A stretch of 7,415 bases of DNA from assembly GCA_013416795.1 (NCBI GenBank), contig RQSC01000031.1, forward strand, positions 288,083 through 295,497. The letters run 5' to 3'. Below are positions 1 through 5,457 of the stretch, in pieces (position 1 is the first letter of the stretch; each line of letters starts with the position of its first letter). The notes under the pieces are model-generated. The model saw nothing but the letters and a program-made list of their open reading frames with translations, ran no database searches and had not been told where the DNA came from. The DNA comes from Prasinococcaceae sp. CCMP 1430. Taxonomy: Eukaryota > Plantae > Prasinodermophyta. Position numbers and translations under genes: made by a program.

Positions 1-1002
1 CTCGCGGCGGCCGCCGCCACCGCCGCCGGGGGGGGCGGCGCCGAGGCCGCGCCGGGCGGCCCCGACTCGTCGCCTTCGTTCGTGCAGAGCCTGCTGGACG
101 TGTGCCGCGGCCTGGTGCCCGAGAACATCTTCGGCGCCTTCTCCACCAACAACGTCCTGGGCATCATCACCTTCAGCGCGCTCTTCGGCGCGGCCGTGGT
201 GGCGCTCGGCGAGCGCGCGGGGCCCGTGGCGAGGGGCGTGGACGCGCTCAACGCGGTGATCGAGCGCGTGGTGCGGTGGCTCGTGTGGTGCTCCCCGCTG
301 GGCATCGCCAGCCTGGTTGCGGCCGAGGTGGCGGGCGCGTGCGACCTGAGCGAGACGGCGGAGGCGCTCTCGATGTGGGTGGTGTGCGTGCTGGCCGGGC
401 TCGCGGTGCACGCGCTGGTCGTGCTGCCCGCGCTGCTGCTGGCGGTGACGCGCGGCAAGGGCAAGCCCAAGGGCGCGCTCGTGGGCGCGCTGCCCGCGAT
501 GGCGGCGGCGTTCGGCACGGACTCGAGCACGGCGGCGCTGCCGGTCACCATCGAGTGCGCGCGCAAGAGCGGCGGCCGCGACGCCGTCGCGCGCTTCGTG
601 TGCCCGCTCGGGGCGGTGGTCAACATGAACGGGACGGCGCTGTACGAGGCGACCACGGTCCTCTTCATCGCGCAGGCGCACGACGAGCCGCTGCCGCCGG
701 GCCGCGTGCTCGCCATCGCGATAACATCGACGCTGGCCGCGCTGGGCGCGGCCACGGTGCCGAGCGCGGGCGTGGTCACCATGCTGATGGTCCTCCAGGC
801 GACCGGCCTGGGCAAGTACGCCGCCGACGTGGCGGTGATCCTCGCGGTGGACTGGGCGCTCGACCGCTGCCGCACGGCCGTGAACGTGCTCGGCGACGTC
901 TTCGCCACGCACGCCGTGTCGCACGCGGCCGACCGCGCGTCGCGGCAGCACTCGCGCTACGCGGCGGCCGGCGGCGACGGCGCCCGCGACCCCGTGGTCT
1001 GA
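1..1002 (+). CDS. Dicarboxylate/amino acid:cation symporter (DAACS/SLC1, GltPh/EAAT-like), 5'-partial; probably acidic amino-acid specific
   Basis: Frame 1 is open from base 1 to TGA at 1000-1002, so the ORF-track GTG start at 82 is not the true start. Family motifs are present in order: VPENIF (TM4a), AFGTDSSTAALPVT (HP1), GAVVNMNGTALYE (TM7), GAATVPSAG (HP2), AVDWALDRCRTAVNVLGD (TM8). Strong G/C bias at third codon positions. Confidence 0.95.
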   Translation, partial: LAAAAATAAGGGGAEAAPGGPDSSPSFVQSLLDVCRGLVPENIFGAFSTNNVLGIITFSALFGAAVVALGERAGPVARGVDALNAVIERVVRWLVWCSPLGIASLVAAEVAGACDLSETAEALSMWVVCVLAGLAVHALVVLPALLLAVTRGKGKPKGALVGALPAMAAAFGTDSSTAALPVTIECARKSGGRDAVARFVCPLGAVVNMNGTALYEATTVLFIAQAHDEPLPPGRVLAIAITSTLAALGAATVPSAGVVTMLMVLQATGLGKYAADVAVILAVDWALDRCRTAVNVLGDVFATHAVSHAADRASRQHSRYAAAGGDGARDPVV

Positions 1003-1842
1003 TTGATCGCTTTGAACACCGGCCCATGGCGGTGCGCGCAGTCGTTTGCGGCGCAGTCGTCCGGCAGCATATCGGGCGTGCTGCGCACGACGAGCATCGT
1101 GGACGCCGAGCTGGTCTCGGTCTTGTTGCCCTTCGGAAGGGAGCCATTGGCCATGAGGCCGCCGCCGCCGCCGTCCCCACCGCCGCTAAAGAAGCCGTGC
1201 AGCACGTACAGTCCATTGAAGCGACCCCCGAACACGCCCGAGCCCTCCACGCGCAGGGCGGTGCACGGCGTCCTCCTGTCCGGCCAGCATTTCGTCTCGA
1301 GGCGCCGAGGGGAATAGTGCGGTCCGGCGTCGTGAGAGTCTTCTACCTCCCCGCCGTGCCCTGCCGCCGACCCGTCGAGGTCGGTGCCGTTCTGTCCGGC
1401 GTGCGCGATTGACTGAGGGCGCCCTTGTTGAGGGGATCCCGTCAAGACCTTCCACTCAGCCCCAAAGACTGACGCCGACGCTGCCCGCAGAGCGCTCCGT
1501 GCACCATCGCTGTCCTCTGCCGCTGGCAAGTACGCGAGGAGGGTCACGCTGGGGGCCGCCGTGCCCAGCTTGTGATGCCCGGCGGGTTCGCCCTCTTCAC
1601 TCTCGGCAGCGGAGAGGATGGTCAAGCAACCCCCGGCCGCCTGGCACTCTTCGCCGACCTCGCCGATGCCCGAGCCGGCATCGCTTCCGCTGACGTATCG
1701 CAGCACGTAGGTCGCGCGCTCGTCGTTCGAGGCTGCTGCGCTCTCCCGAAACGCGGACAGCTCGGAACTGGCAGTGAACGCGAGCTGCCCTCCGGCGGTC
1801 GTCTCGCTCGCATTGCCTTCCCCCGTCATGACGCCGTCGTGA
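957..1842 (-). CDS. Hypothetical protein fragment (about 294 aa visible), probably secreted/extracellular; 5' end lost at the N at 1843
   Basis: Stop-free frame from 1841 to TAG at 959-957, with protein-like composition and G/C-biased third positions. Five N-x-S/T sequons (NAS, NGT, NGS, NKT, NQT) and three close Cys pairs. The part of ORF 957..2336 beyond the N is just the antisense of the + strand gene. No family recognised. Confidence 0.6.
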
Positions 1843-1843
1843 N
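1843..1843. other. Single ambiguous base N; probable contig/scaffold junction
   Basis: The coding strand switches abruptly here (minus-strand CDS on the left, plus-strand CDS on the right). The plus-strand gene has no start codon (in-frame TGA at 1840-1842) and there is no promoter space. Confidence 0.7.
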
Positions 1844-3420
1844 CCCGTTGCCGTCCGCGTCGACCATCTGGCAGAGCCGCCGCACATGCCGCGCTGCCGC
1901 CGCCCCAGAACCAATACCAGAACCAATACCAGTACCAGCCCGCCGCGCCGGCGGCCGCCGCGCCGACCTCGCAGGTTCCCGTCACGGTCACCGCCGTGTC
2001 GAGCGCGGGGGCGCTCGACAGCCTCGCGTACACGCTGCCCCTGTCGGTGCTCACGGCCGCCGGCGCGTGGCTGGTCGTGACGTGGCCGGCGGTGTGCGCG
2101 GCGCGCCGCGCGGCGGAGCGCGCCGAGGCGCTCATGGTCGTGCTGGAGGAGGAGCTGCCGGACACGCTGTGCGCGCTGCGCGCGTCGGGCCTCGACGTGG
2201 GCGAGCTGTCGGAGGAGGTTGCCATCCTCACCTCGGACGTCACGCGCGGGCTGAGGGGCGCCGCGAGGCTCGTCGGCGCGACCGAGCGCGGCGCGACCAT
2301 CGCAGGCAAAAAGGTGATCGAGGTGGTCAAGGACAAGGGTCCGGCGGTGCGTGCGCGCGCTCGCGCGCGCCGCTGGTTCTAAGCTGCTGCTTCTGTACAC
2401 AGCGCGCGCGCTGGGTGACCGACGCCCGCGCGCCGGCGCGCGCGCGCGCGGGCGCGAAAAGCACTGGCGGGCTCAAGTCGACGCACCCTCGCCGCGGGCG
2501 CGGCCATCTCAGGCCCGCTCGACCGGAGGGGGCGTCTAGACGCCCGCCGAGAGAGAACCAGCGGGGCGGCAACCGGCCCAACGGGAGCGGGGCGCGCTCG
2601 AAGCGCAAGCGCGCCGCGAGGGCGGACGTCCTCGTGGCGCGTGCGCGTGGTAGCGCCCCATCCCTCCCCGCGGTGCCGCGCGCCGCGCCCGGCAGCTATA
2701 CCAGCACTCGCGCAGAGGCGCGGCCCACTCGCGCTCGGCGCGCGCCGCCGCCATAGCCTGCACCACGTGGCGATCGTACGCGAGCGGGACTGCCGTCGAA
2801 GCGCGCGCGGGCGCACGCGCGTCGCCCGTATGCGCGCGCGCTGCCATCCCAGTGGAGCTTGGCAGTGCGCGCTGCAGGGCGCGCGCGCGCGCGCGCGCGC
2901 GCGACCTCCGGCAGTCAGCGCGGCGCGCGACCTCCCGCAGTGCGACTGGCCGGCGTGCGCCGCGGCGGGTCCGCGCCGTGTCACTCCGACGTGACGCGAG
3001 AGCCAAATGAGCAGCCGACAAACGCGCGTGCGCGACCCCCCCCACCCCCACCCACACACCACCTCCACCGCCGCCCAGCGAGACGAGCGCGCGGACGTGC
3101 GATGCCCCGCACGGTCACGCCCGTCGCCGCAGGCGCGAGCCACCGCACGCGCTGACCTCGCTGGCGCGCCCCTCTTCGCTGCTCTTGACGTGCCCGTCGC
3201 CCCAAAGGTCCGAGCGAAGGTGCGGAAGGCCGCGCCGGTGGTGCGCGAGCGCGTGGTCGACGCCGCCCAGGCCACAGCAGACGCCGCAGCCCCGGCGACG
3301 CGCGCGGCGCTGCGGCGCGTGCGCTCGCTCGCGCAGGCCGCCGCGAAGAAGCGCAGGTCGCGCTCTGAGCGGCCGGCTGCCGCAGACGACTTCGGATACG
3401 AGAGCGATCCGGACAGATAG
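1844..3420 (+). CDS. DUF948-like cyanobacterial/plant-type single-pass membrane protein, probably plastid-targeted; join(<1844..2346,3208..3420), 5'-partial
   Basis: Frame 1 from 1846 reads RCRPRRPSGRAAAHAA (transit-peptide-like), then a hydrophobic helix (LAYTLPLSVLTAAGAWLVVTWPAV), then AARRAAERAEALMVVLEEELPDTLCALRASGLDVGELSEEV. This matches the recalled pattern (RAA.SAEKL.D.L..ELP.TL.A.RL.GLEI.DL) of cyanobacterial DUF948-like and plant At1g08530/At5g09995-like proteins. A phase-0 splice to exon 2 gives VRAKVRKAAPVVRERVV...YESDPDR and TAG at 3418-3420. Exon 1 is better supported than exon 2. Confidence 0.75.
1906..1938 (+). repeat. Coding hexamer tandem repeat (CARWAC)x5.5 encoding QNQYQNQYQYQ
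   Basis: CAGAAC CAATAC CAGAAC CAATAC CAGTAC CAG read directly. Confidence 0.9.
2347..3207 (+). other. Spliceosomal intron (861 nt, phase 0) of the DUF948-like gene
   Basis: Donor GCG|GTGCGT at 2347. Branch GCTGAC at 3151-3156 is followed by a pyrimidine-rich tract, and the first downstream AG is AAG at 3205-3207. Frame is preserved. An alternative in-frame CAG exists at 3130-3132 but lies upstream of the branch motif. Confidence 0.65.
2879..2903. repeat. (GC)12 dinucleotide microsatellite, Z-DNA prone
   Basis: 25 nt of perfect GC alternation inside the intron. Confidence 0.9.
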
Positions 3421-3552
3421 GCGCACCAAGGGTCGGTCGGCAACGCGTCCCTCCCAGGTAGGCTCGACGCCCCGCCCAGAGAGGAACACCGCCCGCGCGC
3501 CATGTACTCCTCTGTACCATACTCGCCTCACTTATCCTGCAATGCCTGCCGC

Positions 3553-4613
3553 CTACGCAAGCACGCCGTCGCGCGCCCACCGCGGCAGCGCCTCGCGCGT
3601 CCGGAGCTCCCATCGGCGCAGCGTTTGCGCGCCGACGGCTTCGACCAAAATGTCGCGCGCGGCAGGAGCGCGCCGCTCGCGGACGCGCGGGGGCATGCCC
3701 ACGGAGTGCGCGCCCAGGCTGCGCCAATCGCCGAAGCGCTCGCCGCATGCGCCGCAGCGCACCGTCGAGGGCGCGCCACTTTGATCTCGCACCACGAAAG
3801 GCGCGTCCGCTCCGGCGAGGAAAGGCTGCGCGTGGCGTGGGATGCGCTCGCCCCCATCGGCGTCCTCGTCCTGCGCTGCCAGCCCCTCCCTGATTGCCTC
3901 GATCGCCGCTGCGTCCTCGCGCGCCTCACCCGCGTCGCGCGTGAGCCACAGCGTGAGCGTGTGGCGTGCACCTCGCGCAACTCGCTCCACCGCATGTGCG
4001 TCAGACTCGCCCGCCGAGTACAATGAGAGGCGCCCGGCCGCGGGTCGAACGGTGCTGCCGTCGGCGAAGCGAAAGAGCCCGCCAACGAAGGTGGGGGCGC
4101 GCGAACTGCAGCGACTGGCTGTGGCAGCGCCCGTGCAGGCGGGAGCGACGGCGCTGCTGCCGCTGCCGTCCGGGCCATTGAGGTACAGGACAGCGCTGTA
4201 ATCGCGGCTTCGCTCGACGCAGTTGTCCGCATGCGCGCCGATGGCCGCGCCTTCGTGCCAGTCGATCAGCGCCGTGAACTGGGTGCGGCGAGCACGCGCG
4301 CGAGAGGAGTGTCAGACGCCGCCGCAAAGTTGGAGGTGGCATTGGCCTGCCTCTGCCTACAGCGGCTAGGGCGGCGCACCTGCACGTGGAGCTCGCCCGG
4401 AAAGCAGCCGAGCCACTCCTCAGCGGCCTCGCGCACAGCCTCGCGTGCCTCGACGAGCGGCGCGGCGCCCGCTGGCACGGCTCGGGCGACGTCGGAGAGC
4501 GTGGCCGCACGCGTGGCGGCGCGAAATCCCTGGCGGCCGCACGCGCGCGACAGCGCGATGAGCTCGGCACACGCGCGCGCGTCGACAGCACCGTCCAGCA
4601 CGCGCCGAGGCAT
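3553..4613 (-). CDS. 2-oxoglutarate/Fe(II)-dependent dioxygenase, prolyl 3-hydroxylase-like (plant At1g68080-like); complement(join(3553..4278,4380..4613)), 319 aa
   Basis: ATG at 4613-4611 (MPRRVLDGAV...). Splicing joins ELHVQ|FTALIDWHEGAAIGAHADNC..RDYSAVLYLN..FVGGLFRF..VRPAAGRLSLYSAGESDAHAVERVARGARHTLTLWLTRD. HxD at 4233-4225, distal His at 3996-3994, 2OG-binding Arg at 3966-3964, TAG at 3555-3553. The ORF track splits this gene into 4266..4643 and 3553..4023. Confidence 0.92.
4279..4379 (-). other. Spliceosomal intron (101 nt, phase 0) of the dioxygenase gene
   Basis: Donor CAG|GTGCGC at 4379, branch CTGAC at 4315-4311, first downstream AG is CAG at 4281-4279. Removal restores the conserved EL.(V/I).FT.LI.W motif. 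Confidence 0.92.
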
Positions 4614-5150
4614 CGCGTGCCGCGCGCATGTGCCCGCGGGCACTCGCGCCTCGAGGGCAGTAGGAGTGCGCCCTGCGGCTGCGGCGAGCGCTCACATGCG
4701 CACGAGCTCGCTCGCCGCGCGCGCGGCGCGAGCGCGCGGCGAGCGGCCAAAGGGGACGGCGACGGCGCTCTCCCCCTTCCTAGCGCACTTTTGCTCTCAG
4801 CTGCGGTGGATGCGCCTGTGTGGCGTCTACGCGGGCATGAGCTGCCCGCACGAGCTGCCGCGCCGCGCGGGGCGTGCGCCCGCCCGCGGGCTGGTGCGGC
4901 GCGTATCTCTCTGTGGCAGCGTGCCTCGTTCGTGGTGACATGCGAAGAGGTGGCGCGAACCCTCTCCCTCTGCACCCTAAAAAGCGCGCTGCCCGCTGAC
5001 GCAGGTCTACCGGACGCGTGCGCACGCACGCGGGCGCGCACACGGTCGCGCGGCGCGCTGGTGCGGGGGACATCATCGGAGCGTGCGGCGATGCGTGCGT
5101 GAGTGTGTACAAAGTTCGCGTGCGTGCGCGCGCCTGCGATAGAGAATGCC

Positions 5151-5419
5151 TCAGACCCTGAGGGTGCGCGGACTCTCCCCCGGCGCATCTGCGACGAGCA
5201 GCCCGAGTCCTACGCCGGCCTTCGGTGCGCGGATGAGCGATTGGCGGCGCGAGCTGCGAGTAGAGCGGCGCACGGCGCGGCCAGCCTGCTGCTCCTGTTG
5301 CTGCTGCTCCCCCGCACGGGATTGCTTGCTCGTCTTCGCGCGCTTGGCCGGTGAGCAGCCGTTGGAGTTGCGTGCCACCAGCGGCGCCTTGAGGGCCTCG
5401 GCGGCCCGATCGCCCACGA

Positions 5420-5457
<38 letters not shown>

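Noticed and set aside
1844-2336. N-terminal part of ORF 957..2336 (-) with the striking WYWYWFWYWFW peptide
   Set aside because: It is the antisense reading of the DUF948-like exon and its CARWAC repeat, and it is joined to the rest of the ORF only through the N.
2380-2397. Minus-strand ACAGAAGCAGCAGCTTA resembling RNase P/MRP conserved region V
   Set aside because: Spacing differs from the consensus and I found no matching GAAAGTC-type CR-I partner to form P4.
2571-2595. AACCGGCCCA...GGAGCGG resembling part of the SRP RNA S domain
   Set aside because: It lacks the helix-8 GNRA tetraloop stem and any Alu domain; a short chance match.
4748-4978. TPP-riboswitch-like words on the minus strand (AGGGTGC, GCTGAGA, GTCCCCTTTG)
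   Set aside because: The essential GAACCTGA...TAAT...GCG.AGGGA half is absent, spacing is wrong, and neither neighbour is a thiamine gene.
4995-5010. Plus-strand GCTGACGCAG|G resembling a branch site plus acceptor
   Set aside because: The branch-to-AG distance is far shorter than in the real introns here, and no plus-strand coding exon or clear donor supports it.
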